A stretch of DNA of 64,000 nt from Chlorokybus atmophyticus (GCA_009103225.1 RHPI01002910.1:442759-506758), one strand, 5' to 3'; counted from the stretch's first letter, positions 26,530 through 38,640 are shown. Numbers and translations are program-made. The notes: generated by a model from the sequence alone, not told the origin.

Positions 26530-29500
26530 GTGTGTGTTGCTGGATATGATGATGCAAGTTACGTTGACGTTGGCGACACCTGTGTCAACGTCAGTAGTGA
26601 GCTATGGGAGTCTTTTGTTCGTATTGCCATAGGCGCTTCGCCATACGCAGCTCGGTTTACATGCACATTGTTGGCAGCAGGGTGTGCAAGCAAATCAAGA
26701 TGTATGTCGGCCAGCGCCCATTACAGTACGATGCGGGTCATGTTGAACCAGGGAGTTCGATCTAGGATGCGCACATGCTTAATGCTAAAGGACCCTCCAA
26801 GAGACACACGCACAGCAGCGACAGGAGGAGGAGGAAGTGAACGAGGGCTTTCGATGTGTGCGTGTGCCTAAGAAACCTGTGGCACGCCAACATGGAAGTG
26901 GAGGCGTCCCTTCGCACGCGTTGGAATCCAGGTGGTATGGCTCGGAGCATGCTCTTGCAGTGGCATTCGTGCAGTGCAACAATGGCCAAGGCCTGTCGGC
27001 CTCCGACATGGGGCAGATCATCAAGTGCATCCGAAATGCACACTTCATAACGGCAGAGCTCCAGTGGGAGACCAGTGTGCATGTGGCCAGCTACCTTTTG
27101 ACCACAATTGCTTTCTCTCAGTCTAAGGTGTGTTCACGGTGTGCGGTGCATGTGCTTCAACCGTCAGAGCCATGTCACATATGCACATGCGAGTGTGCTG
27201 CCGTATCAGAACTACGACGACTGACCTGCGCAAGCCTGGAGACCCTGAGGACCAGGACATCAGAGCGCTGTCACATATATGCCAACCAAGGTCAGTGAAA
27301 TGCAGTATCCAATGCACTATCTATGCAGTATCTAATCTGAAGCTAGCACGCCTGTTAATGCTCTTGGTCGGAGCAAGTATGGCTCGCGCGGTTGTATGGC
27401 AATCCACATGCCGCTAATGGCTTCAATCTCCAGTACAGTGGTGACGAGCACAGCTTTGGCCATCCTTCCACGGGCGATTTGTGGAAGGATGTGGAAGGAT
27501 GTTGCACGCGTCGGAATCCAGGTGGTATGGCTCGGAGCATGCTCTTGCGGTGGCATTTGTGCAGTGCAACAACGGCAAAGGCCTGTCGGCCTCCGACATG
27601 GGGCGGATCATCAAATGCATCCAAAATGCACACTTCCTGACGGAAGAGCTCCAGTGGGAGACCGGTGTGCATGTGGCCAGCTACCTTTGAACCACAATTG
27701 CTTTCTCTCAGTCTGAGGTGTGTTCACGGTGTGCGGTGCATGTGCTTCAACCATCAGAGCCATGTCACATATGCACATGCGAGTGTGCTGCCGTATCAAA
27801 ACTACGTGACGGCTAACCTGCGCAAGCCTGGAGACCCTGAGGATCAGGACATCAGCGTCACATATATGCCGGCCAAGGTCTGTCAAATGCAGTACATAAT
27901 GCAGTATCGATGCAGTATCTATTCTGAGGCCAGCATAGTAAGTAATGCTCTTAATCGGAGCAGGTATGGCTCGCGCGGTTGTATGGCAATCCACATGCCG
28001 CCAATGGCTTCAATATTCAGTACAGTGGTGACGAGCACAGCTTTGGCCATCCTTCCACGGGCGATTGGTGGAAGGATGTGGAGGTGGATTTGAGGAGAGA
28101 GGTGGGGGAAGCGTCCTACTTGGCGCCTGCCATTCTGTACAGTGACAAGACCACGCTGGACAACGCGGGCAAGCGCTCTGGCTACCCTTTGATGGCATCG
28201 CTTGCCAACCACAATTGGGACATGTAGGCTAGCAACATAGGGGTTATTATGATAGCGCTTCTGCCGGTGGTTCACGCAGTGGCTGGGCATCCCACGTGGG
28301 CGCAGGGCAAAGGATCATTCTCAATTCGGACGTGAGATTTTTCATGACGCTTTGAATGTAGTGTTAGGGGATGTGAAGCGGGCGAGCTGGGATGGTCTGC
28401 AGCTCATCGACCCGAATGGCATCGAGCGTCGTGTGTTTCGCGCGCTTGCCAACTACATCAGCGACTTGCAGGTAGTGGGCATGCATGGTTGTAACCGGAT
28501 GCAGCCTGCCGGCAAATAGTGCATGGAGGATGTTGTCAGTGGAGCATCTGAGTTTGTCGTGTTGTAGGAGACTGCCACACACGCACGCACTGTGTCGGGC
28601 AACCAGACACACGACATCCTTGCAATATTTGTCTCGTCACCAAATTAGATCTGTTGGAGATGGATGAGAACCGAGGCTTTCTACGCAGTTGCAATACGAC
28701 AGCTGCGGGCGGACTTGCATAGCGGTGTTAGGAATGCACACCAAAAAAAGCCAAGGCTTTCAACGAGCAGCACTCCATGCAGGTCGAGGAGGTAATGGTT
28801 ACATTACCGACATTTGTGAAGATAAATGGCTTTCCGTGTAACCAGGCAATGTCATTTGGCAACAGAATGCACTGTGGGGTTGGTAACAATTGCGGGTGCT
28901 GGGAGCTGACTGCTACTGCTATTGTCTCGTCTTGCCCCTGACGCAATGCATGTGCTGGGAGGCATCATTGACCACCTGCTTGCTGCTGTGTACGACCCTG
29001 CGAAAGAACGCATGCGTTCATCCACGAGACAGATTCTGCAAGCCAGGCACGTCTTTGGTGTTGCTTTTGTGTTGGACACAAAAGCCAACGACACGTGCTC
29101 ACAAACAGATGTGCACAGGCTGAATGCATCAAAGGCGACTTCACGGGTTTCGCACTTCAAGGCACCCACAAGCACAGTAGATTTTTTCCTGTCCGATCAC
29201 TTCTTTCAGGTGGTGGAGAAAGTGGCGGTGCTGCAGCTGCCGGTCCTTGCAGCCGGTTTGCTGCTCGACAATGAGGGCAACGATTTCTTCACCATTGCTG
29301 CCGCATCGCTTGCCCAGTGGAACAAAATTTTGCTCGAGACGCATGAACACACAACAGAGACCCTGACCACAGCCGACATTGAGGTGGTTGCCTTCAAATC
29401 TGCAATGTTGAATGCGCTACTGTCGTGCTATTCGGCACAGCAGTCAAGTTGGAAGATCGGAAAGATGCATCAGCTCACTCATTTTGGGCCGGCAATTGTC

Positions 29501-30323
29501 AAAAATGGACACTTAAATTGGTTCAATGCCAACCGCATGGAGCAGACGCACGCCCAAAATATTAAACAGTGGGCGCGTGGTGGCAATAATTGGGACTAAC
29601 AGGCGCGTACCCTGAAGGCATTGAGCTGTGCGGAATATGTGAGAGAGGATGGCATGGTCGTGGATCCCGAGATGCGCTCGGTCATGACGCAGGCGCGGCA
29701 GCAGTGCTGTAATGTCATGGAAAAGACGGACAAGTTGCTATGGATGGATGTGTTGACAAGGAGGGAGTCCAGCCCGTACTGAAGCGGTTCTGCGCGTAGC
29801 CGCCAAGTCGCCCTGAGGACTCCATTTGCCGACAAGCTGCCTGCCACCCTAGCCAGCTGGTTGAGAAGGGAACAACTGGAGTTGGCCGACGGGTGGTGTG
29901 CTATTTACGTGGTGAACGGAGGCGCAGCGGTGTACATGACATCAGGAATCAACATGGCGCGTGCAATTGGGATTCATGAAGCGGCCTTGGTTCTCTACAC
30001 TTGAGTTGGAAGGTGATGAGGACGGTGTGAACGTGACGTGGTAGGCTCAAGCACTCCTTTTTTTGCGCGTCGTGGTGTGGGGTGGTAGCGGCGAGCGCGT
30101 GTGGAAGGAGGTCGTGTTTGGCTGGTACACAAAGCTGGATGTGACAAGTGATACAAAGTGCATCGCTCTGGAATGGGAAAAGCGTCGAGGGGGTCCACAT
30201 CTCGATGTCGTGACTCTGGAGCAAGTAAATGGCATTGTCCAGCTGCTCCCCATGTATAACAAGAACAGCGCCCGTGTACAAGAGGCCAAGTATTGGGTGA
30301 ACGCTCACTGCACTGCCACGTGA
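26530..30323 (+). pseudogene. Plavaka-family transposase pseudogene
   Basis: HPSTGDWWKDVE...LAPAILYSDKTTLDNAGKRSGYPLMASLAN (about 28045-28215); IFHDALNVVLGDVKRASWDG...RRVFRALANYISDL; HPCNICLV; PDAMHVLGGIIDHLL; KMHQLTHFGPAIVKNGHLNWFNANRMEQTH...IKQW; C-terminal DVVTLEQVNGIVQLLP...YWVN. These follow the Plavaka motif order; premature stops, frameshifts and at least one intron (about 28472-28568). Confidence 0.85.
26915..28082 (+). repeat. 590-bp tandem duplication inside the transposase 5-prime region
   Basis: Copy 1 starts cacgcgttggaatcc at 26915 and copy 2 starts cacgcgtcggaatcc at 27505; about 15 differences in the first 225 nt aligned by eye; junction rich in tggaaggatg. Confidence 0.95.
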
Positions 30324-30526
30324 CACATGTACTTGTCTCACTACTCTGAGTTTATAGCATATCAGTCAGTTAGGCATTGCTAATCGTATGCTAAGACTTT
30401 TGCATGTGAACAGGTACAATACCGGGCAGCTGTCACTGCACAACTGTCACCACAATCAAATGTCGAATGCAACATTTAACAATCAGTTAGATGTGTGCCA
30501 TTAAGCATCAATATAGTGCATCACAC

Positions 30527-32227
30527 TCAAGTCTCATACTTCCATGACACAGGAGGGTAGTCACAACGCATATCCATTGTTTCAATCATGAGACGCTCTA
30601 TGCACTCCGCCATTGCGGGAGGAACTGCATTTGTTATGGTAACGGCCGAGGTCATCCATTGCACTCCCAGCGCTGGTTGCCATGCAGCAATGCCGCCCCT
30701 GGTGCTTGGAAGGCCATAGACTTGGTACATTAGCTGTGGCGCATTGAATGTCACGATTGTCTTCTTCGCGCTAGCGGACAGGTGCGGCGAGCAGTCCAAC
30801 CGCCTTGCCCGCGTGTGAGTAGCGTGCTGGTGGGGTAGCTACCACTGGCTGCGTCTCAAACAGACGGTATCAGAAGGTTGATTGGCCAAACATTGTGCCA
30901 CAAAGGGACAGATTGGGTTTGAATGAGGAAGCTGCTCCTGGCACACTCTCAATCACAAACTTGACCTGGCTTGAATGCAGCAGATGTCGGACGAGCAGTA
31001 TCATATCCTGGTGTCTTCAGGATGTGCCATGTGCCACCCGTTGAGGTACCGGGATAGCACCTGAACAGGCCTGGCATGGTGGACTGGCCCATATGAGCTC
31101 GTACTCGCTCAGCTCTCCTGCACTCAGGGTGCATACATCGCAGTGTATGAAGGGCAGTGGGTACTCATAGGAGGGGCTTATGTCCATCTCGGTCACGTCA
31201 AAGCCTGCGTGATATAAACCGACACTGGCACCACCATCGCCGCAGTATAGGTCGAATGCCCTTGGTCTACGTGTGCGTCGTATGTGGTTCAGGCTAGCCG
31301 TGGTGCTGGCTAGGGACCAACAATGATGCCGTTCGGGCTTACTTTGCGATTGACATTCTCCCCTTCGGCGCGCAGAACATGGCGTGCCCCGTCAACCGAT
31401 GTGTACGCGAATACGCTATGCCCTTTGAAGTTGATAGTTTGTGGTCGATCACCTTCATCGAATACTATACGGTGCTGCCTTGTAAAGCCATTTTTTATTG
31501 CACCATACATATGTGATGCGTCCTCAATCCCGCACGCCAAGAAGCTATTCTAACCTGACGCTTGCTTAAATGCTTCTACAACGCCCGCATACCATTCCCC
31601 ATCCAGCGGCTAATGCACCATGACACACCGATCAGCTGCTCGCATCCCAACTTAACTGCGTTCCGCAGCCGATGCAGTGCGCTGTCTAGCGGTCGATGGT
31701 CTGCCTCCTTTGCAGCGGCCAGGGGGTGGAACTGCCCACGCCCACACCGTGAAAGACTGCTCTGAATGCGACAACCGCTTCAACATGCATGAAATAAGCA
31801 TACGCCCAACGTAACATGCAGTGCTACGTCACTGTCCACTCTGCCGAATTACCTCCACAGCATCCACCACCTGTCCACTAAGCACATGTCCCAATGTTGT
31901 CCATATGAAGAAGCGCATGGGTTCCCCTCGCCGCTCAAAGCACGAGCGCAAGCACGATTCGCAAACGCACTGCACGCAATGGAAAAACTCGGGTTCCTTG
32001 CATAGCACCTTGCCAAAGCGGCAGCCAAACACGTCGACATATTGTGTGGTGTGATGCCAGCAAGCAGTATGAAAACCGTGGCACACTGTCTGCACTTGCT
32101 GGCATTCGGTCAAGTGTGCTCGCATTTGCTGCCTATGGCCATTGGCACATACGTACGCATTACATTGTGGGCACACCAAGCATGGTCTCTTAAGTGAGGG
32201 GGATTCAACTGCTGCCGCCAACATCAT
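30527..32227 (-). pseudogene. Zn-finger + Tudor + phage-type C5 DNA cytosine methyltransferase, pseudogenised
   Basis: Motif I AFDLYCGDGG (31253-31230); EYPLPFIHCD; motif IV IWASPPCQ (SPPCQ 31085-31071); motif VI-like VIESVPGA; LCGTMFG...*YRLFE; C-terminal AWQPALGVQWMT...NAVPPAMAECI. Upstream: Tudor VMVH*PLDGEWYAGVVEAF (31624-31568)...HRIVFDEGD, and Cys-rich N-terminus CPQC-x14-HLTEC. Stops and frameshifts throughout. Confidence 0.85.
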
Positions 32228-32344
32228 GCAAAATATGAATCGGCACGGCTGCCCACAAACTGAGCGAGATATCAGGGTATGGGCATCAATTCAAGGTTGC
32301 CAGCTTACGAACCTCAAATGAGTCACACTTTAAGAAGCACGACT

Positions 32345-32418
32345 GTACCATGGACGGTATTACAGTACCATGCATGGTACTCCATTAACATCAATGGTAC
32401 TCCATGCATGAATGGTAC
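32345..32418. promoter_or_regulatory. Cluster of five ATGGTAC/GTACCAT motifs upstream of the methyltransferase gene
   Basis: GTACCAT at 32345 and 32365; ATGGTAC at 32374, 32394 and 32412; lies in the gap between the OTU-RING stop and the Zn-finger-Tudor-MTase start. Confidence 0.6.
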
Positions 32419-32755
32419 TACATTATAAGGGTACTCGCATACCACCACGATCGTAGAATAATACTGTCATTTCATGGAACCCAGAGCGTTGTCCGAGTTT
32501 GCTGTCAACCACGCTCTGAACCTGCAAGGTATGCAAGCCATGCGCTGACTCATGCGCCGGATAGTCATCATACACATGTACAGCCAATGCTTCTGACAAC
32601 AGAAGATCTTGGGTGCACCATGCACCATGCTGCAATCATACAAGTACCTACATGGTTCACAGGAAGCAAACACAAAACTACAGTACATGCATAATTGTCA
32701 TCGAGGCGGGGGCCAAATTACTGCCGACACGTTGGCGTCTTGAAGCAGGCGTGGC

Positions 32756-35700
32756 GACTAAAACGGGTGAGGTTGCTTGCAGAAGGGACACGCTTGTAGC
32801 TTCTTTTATTTATTTGCCACATGCTTCTGCTGATATATGATGTAGACATGGCACATCGTATGCTTGCAATAGGGCGTCTCCCCATCCGCTGGGGGGTTGG
32901 GCTCTTCAATGCGACAATTCACCACGCATGGTGCACGCGGGTTTGCAAGCTACCTCTGCCACCAAACTCTGTCATTGCGTTGCAGGTGCAGCAACTCCCA
33001 TCTGAATGGCGCAGCATAACGCTCCACTGCCTGCTCAAACACCTGACGCCCATCTGCCGCCATACACCACCTGCTGATTTTGGTGGTCTCGTCCAGCATG
33101 CGTTCATCCAGGCCCTCGACATGGCTGTCGTCACTCGTGTACTTCCCCGCATTGTCATTTTCTTTGAGCTTCCACAGAATCAGCTCGACGTGCCGTATGA
33201 CATACAGCCAGTGCCAGCCAATTGGCATGCTTTGCAAAGCATGCCAAGTACAGCTCGAATGGTTTTACTTGCCACCCAGTATGTTTGCTCTGGTAGTGGC
33301 ACACATCTCGACCCGCATCAGTCGACATCGACAGGTACATCTGCTGCAGGAGGTCGAATTTTTGCTCCGCGGATAGCTCTTGCACATTGCCGGGTTGCTG
33401 CGGCAGCAACAACACCACCATATCAAGGACGGCGAGGGGCAACAATATACTACGGATGGCCATATCGTGTATGGGTTCCAAACACGGCTAATCCCCAGAG
33501 GTCTGTTTAGACCGCACTCTCCGCGTTTGCTCCCACTTATTGCATACTTTCGTCACCCACCTTGAGGCATGCCGCATGCGGTGATGCAGCGCGTCTTTGG
33601 CGTATTGTAGGGCGATCAACTCCTTTGCACTACGAGTCAGCCCCTCAAGGTGTCTGCGCGTCGGCACTCTTACTCAAAGGAGGTAAGGCGTTATCTCCTT
33701 GCTCCACAGCCTTGCGCTTGTTGGTTGCCTTCCGCTTCTCCACGACCTCATGTTGCTTCATGAGGTCAAGCATAAAGCCTTTGTCTTTCAGCGCAGCTTT
33801 CAAGACACCTCGATCAATCTCTTTACCAACAAGACAGGCTGGGATCAATGTGGCAAGCTTGGAGGGGGAGGGCGAGCTACCGATGCTTCTTGATGGAGAT
33901 GCCTCCAGATGGTCAGAATGCGGTGGCAAGTGAGTCTCCGTAGCAAGAAGGGAGGGTGCTGAATTGTTATTGCGAGCATGTGGCTGTAATTGAGGGGAGG
34001 CAGGATGTGCAGAACAGTGGGCTACTTCTTGCATAGCACACGAAGGTGAGGCCTGAGGCATTAGCACAGCACCTGGGGTCGCAGCCGGTGGTAGCGGGGA
34101 AATGGCAACGCCATTCCGCCACTCTCCGATCAGGTCTGTTACCTCCAGTGGCACTTCATGCATAGGCCACGACCATTGTTCGGTGCTTGCAGGCTCGAGG
34201 AGCCAAAGTGTGCTTCTGGCTCATCAGGAGCAGTGTTGCCCACCACCAGGATTGAGTTGGGGGCTTCTTTATTTCCAACCCAAACTGCGCTGCCGGGTCG
34301 TGGCACCCACTCCCCATGCTCGCGCTGAACGGTCACGCAGCCAATCAATAAGCCCAGCTTGTTGGCAAACATGGTCATCTGCAGGTGCTCCACGTACACA
34401 TCTTTTCACCGCATGATTTGTCGCACCTTGGCCATGGCTATGTCAATGTTGCAATTGACACCAGTCAACATGGTCGCAGGCAGTTTGTCGTATACTGCGC
34501 CATCTCCCCCGTGGCACCAATGGCTATGCAGAAGTCTATGATTCTACTTACCATGCCTGCATCGACAGCCTTGGCGGTGTTTTTACGGAGAGTGTTCCCC
34601 CTGCCGTCGTCGTCCATGGTGTCCAGCATGGCCCAAAATGTTCGAGCTGGGGCATTTGTGATCATCCATGACACTTTGCGCTATGGATGGCCTGGCGCGA
34701 AACACACAATGGTAGAAGCAATTACCATCCGCTGGCGCATTAAAGTGGTCCATGAGCCGAGCTGGCCACCTAACATGACTGATGGCCGTATGTGGGTTGC
34801 GGCCAGCTTCTTTGATGACACGCTGGCAAGTGGTGACCCCTGGTGCATGCGCATACAGCTCAAATGGTGTGTTCATCTGCCGACGGCAAGAGTCACAGTG
34901 ACCCAAAAAAGAAACTGAGCTTTGGGCAGACTGCCGCCTTCAACTTGCAGCGGGTGGGGTAAGGTAGGTGCAGAAGCCACATCGATTGTTGCATTGTGCT
35001 GTGGTCTCGCCGGTTGCGGCTACAAGGATAGTTGCCCCGCAATCATCGGGGCTGCTCGTGGAGGAAACAGCAGTGCATGAAGGACTGGTGCCGGAAGGTG
35101 GATGCGCTCTGGCTGCGAGGGGAGTAGGCGGCAGGTGAGACCACTTGTGCATGCAGCAAGGGGGGCTGTATATAGGATTCAGGATAAAATGGCTCACAAT
35201 GTTGCAAAGAACGAATATAAGCTTATGCAGTGCCTGACGCATTCACCAAGGCACAAGCATAAAAGACAGCGACTTTCCTCAATGGCCCGTGGGCTGCATG
35301 GAGCAGAGGAAGCTATGGGGGCTGACAAGGTGGTATTGGGTGCACTCTCCCCGCCACCCTCAATCGCAGACTCGTCACGGAGCTCGTGAGCCACAGGATG
35401 CGTCAATGCCCCAATAGACATGTTGGGCTTCAACAGGCCAACATGCATGTTAAACTGATGCCGCATTGCCGCCGCGCCCATCAGCAAGTGGGATTGAAGG
35501 ACCAGTTGATGGGCTTGAATCCAGGCTTGCATGCAGCTCCAATAGGACCTAATGAACTGTGGTGCTGTCAACCAATCACAATTGGGTAAGCTGCATGCTT
35601 GCGACACTGTCATTGTCAACCGCGTCACATCGTCATCAGTTGGTTGCTTCGAACAGTCACCTGCGGCATTGCTGGTTGATGCACAAATGATTGCATGGAT
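32756..35700 (-). pseudogene. Large apparently intronless gene: Cys-rich region + OTU-like cysteine protease + linker + C-terminal RING finger, pseudogenised
   Basis: OTU Cys box FNAPADGNCFYHC (DGNC 34729-34718), then LRKNTA, DVYVEHLQMTMFA and His box AHF (His 34210-34208); RING-like CVVNC-x15-CKHTMCHVY-x16-CPFC (32928-32779); upstream CNNRCGFC, HCDSC and CLLCLCLGEC motifs; several stops and frameshifts; 5-prime end approximate. Confidence 0.7.
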
Positions 35701-36714
35701 TGCGTCATTGCTGGTTGATGCACTACTGATTGAGTGCCGGACAAATGGCCACGCGCTCCTGTGCTTAAACCCAGCCTACTTCGTTCCGCGCGCGCGCGAA
35801 ACTTCGCTCGCTTACGCACATTTTAGCATGCAAAGGTAGGCATGCATGGAGGTGCATGCAGTCAACATGTACAGCGAGATTGGCAACAACATACCGCCGC
35901 CCAGCTCTGTCTATCTGCTCTGGCTTCCGCAATGTTGGCTTAACTGTGGGGTGGGTATAGTTGAATAGTGGAGGCCTGCAGCCACGCTACATGTATCACA
36001 TGGACTGCGCAAAAAAAAAATTGCTCTTGCAAGGTAATGCAACTGTTGAGCGTACCTCTGCATTCCTTTGTGCTTGTTCTCACAGTCGCAATTGGTCCCG
36101 CATGGTTCTAACAAAGGGCTCCAACAACTGCAGCTCCTGATCCACTCCTTGTTGCAGAAAGCGAGTCACCAAGCAGCTCTCTGTGTGAAGATGGTCGTTA
36201 ATAACTTGCCTGATGGTTGTCCAATGTTGGTAATGCATGTTGAACAGCCCTATTGCTGACGCCTGCCATGATCCATGATGTGGCGCCCGGTATTAGCTGG
36301 CTTCGCTGCTTGAACTCTTACGACCACAACTTCTTGCAAGATGTGCCACGCCGCCACCACCGCCGCCGCCCCCTCCTACTCCTGATCCTCCGCCTCCTAG
36401 TCGAACCCAGGTCCACTATGCCTGACATTCAAGCCGTTATTAACTTGATGCCCCTGCGTGCCATCATCCGGCCATCAATGAAGATGTTTGGGTGAGTGCA
36501 CGCTAACTCCCATTAGGGCTGGTCGAGCAATGCCTCTGTCGTAGTATAAATGTTGCGCCTAAGCCATTATCACCCTTGGTTGTACGAAGCATGGATGGTA
36601 GGAATGCATAAGTTGTACCATCAACCATAGGAGAGCAGGACGCACTACCAGTGTGACTCTAGTGCGGGACTAGACGTTCAAAACCGCCTCATTTTCGTTT
36701 TCGCGCCTCGTACA

Positions 36715-38640
36715 TTGAGGCGGGCCACCTGGTGGGCGTCAGCATTTAATGCAGCAGCGCCACCATCCGCTAAGCAGGCGGCACCCGACTATCAGTTAGA
36801 GAGATGCCTCGAGGTCCATCTGCAGGTGCACCTTGTCGTGGAAGTGGGCGCCTCAAGTTCACATTGCCCCCAGTGTTTAACCAGGCAACCGTCGCCAACC
36901 AGCAGCAGCCACTCTTGGCCAACCAATCGCAGCAAGACCCCGCGCCAACGCCCAGCGCATCACAACAACTCCACCTGACACCGTAGTCAGAGGGGCAAGC
37001 TAGAATGCATGCGTTCTTGATGCACTGTGCACGTTGCTTCTTGCTCAACTTAAAACTTTGATGCTTGCTTCTTTCATAACTGGTATAGTAACTCACTGCA
37101 TGCGTTCTGCATATACTGTGCACGTTGTTCTTCTTGCTGAATTGTGAGGTTGCATCTTTCATGGCTGGCAGCATGACTCACGTGGTTGTGCTTGCCGAGG
37201 GTCGATTGGAACCCCCAACCCAAACGCATTTGGCCGTGACGTAGCAACCTCAGCCGTCATCAACCCTTCCCCAAGCAACTGGAAGATTGGCAACGAGGTA
37301 AGCACTGTGTGACACTGTGACACCGTGACACCGTATGTAACGGATTGTTCTGTGGACAGCATTTGCGAGATGCCGTCGTTAAAAGCATAAACGGCCACTG
37401 GGTAGAGAGCCACGTTTATCCCAAGGAGGACACTATTTCTAACGCCATGTGTCGGGTGCTGTGAATGCTTCATGACTTCACTGCACCGTGACACAGACCA
37501 ACCTGCCCGTGACAGGTAGTTGGCTTCCACCATGACGATGAGGCTGATGCGGCCAAGTTCTAAAAAGTGTACTGGACGCCCAAGGAGTGTCGCTTCCACT
37601 GGAGTGTCGCCTTGAAGAACGCTACGGTCCGGTCTGAGAACGTCACCAAGATCAAGCATGTCACTGAGAAGGAGTACAAGTGGACATTGTTTGACAGCAA
37701 CAAGCGCAAGTGAGTTGGGTCCCTCACCACCATGTCTGCTATGCAACATTGCCTTCTTACTCAGCCTCCACACACACGTACGCATCTCGCCTATTGTAAC
37801 CGATTCAATCAGGCACGTCGACGCCCTAATGGACCCCGAGCCCCAAAAAGCGCAGATGCGCAACGCGCTCCAAAGTCACAGGCAATACTTCTAGCATGTG
37901 CAGGCTCAACTTAAACTATTTATATCGTGACCAATGCCTTGTTGGTATGACTCTCGCAGACAAGTTATGGCGGGAATTTGAGGTGACCGACAATGCAGAC
38001 CCAGAGCGAAGGGGATACATCCATGAATGGGGCAATCCCATAATCTGGCAGATGATCGTGCAATGCTGTCGCACGCCGTCACCACACCTGATCGCCGGCA
38101 GCTGGCAGTCAACCACCCCGCATACCTGTTGCTTACAATGAGCACACTGAACTCAATCACTAGTAATTCAGAAATGCTGTAGCCCCAAATTACAAGCTTG
38201 CAGCCGCGCTGCAATGAATAGTGGCTTTCAATGCCACTAAAACATGCTTGTAAACCACACAGGTGGAGCGCATCCTTAAGGGCAAGGATGGAGACCCTCT
38301 CATAGCTGCCAGCATCGACACACACGTAGAGTACCTCAGCAAAATTAACACCATGATCATGTTAATAAAGCGGGAGATGAGGCAACGGTACGCAGCCCTC
38401 CAGCCATTCACCCTTGTGAAACGCCGCACTGTGTCAAGTACCTGAAAGATCCCAATCGGCGCCGGCCGCAAGAGACGTCTGCTCAAGACCCTCTCGCTAA
38501 GGCAGAAGCGGCATTTGATTGGCTGGCGCAACCGTTTGAGGAGGAGGAAGAGCAAGCTCCGGCGTCTCCTCTACAGGTTCCAGCGCGTGGTGCTTTATTT
38601 CATAATGACGAGCAAGGCGATTATGGAGAGGAGCTGTAGC
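36715..38640 (+). pseudogene. Unknown spliced gene within the accessory block
   Basis: Exons with gtaagc/gtgagt donors encode HLRDAVVKSINGHWVESHVYPKED...KVYWTPKECRFHWSVALKN...WTLFDSNKR, DKLWREFEV...IHEWGNPIIWQM and an acidic end AFDWLAQPFEEEEEQ...YGEEL*; in-frame TGA/TAA stops. Confidence 0.5.

Noticed and set aside
32821-33510. 229-aa plus-strand ORF in the ORF track
   Set aside because: Antisense shadow of the minus-strand OTU-RING gene; no motif of its own
35794-36706. E2F-like TTTCGCGC sites near two cargo-gene starts (35794-35801, 36699-36706)
   Set aside because: The same 8-mer occurs inside coding sequence (near 34695) and upstream of HHO (58203), so specificity is not supported
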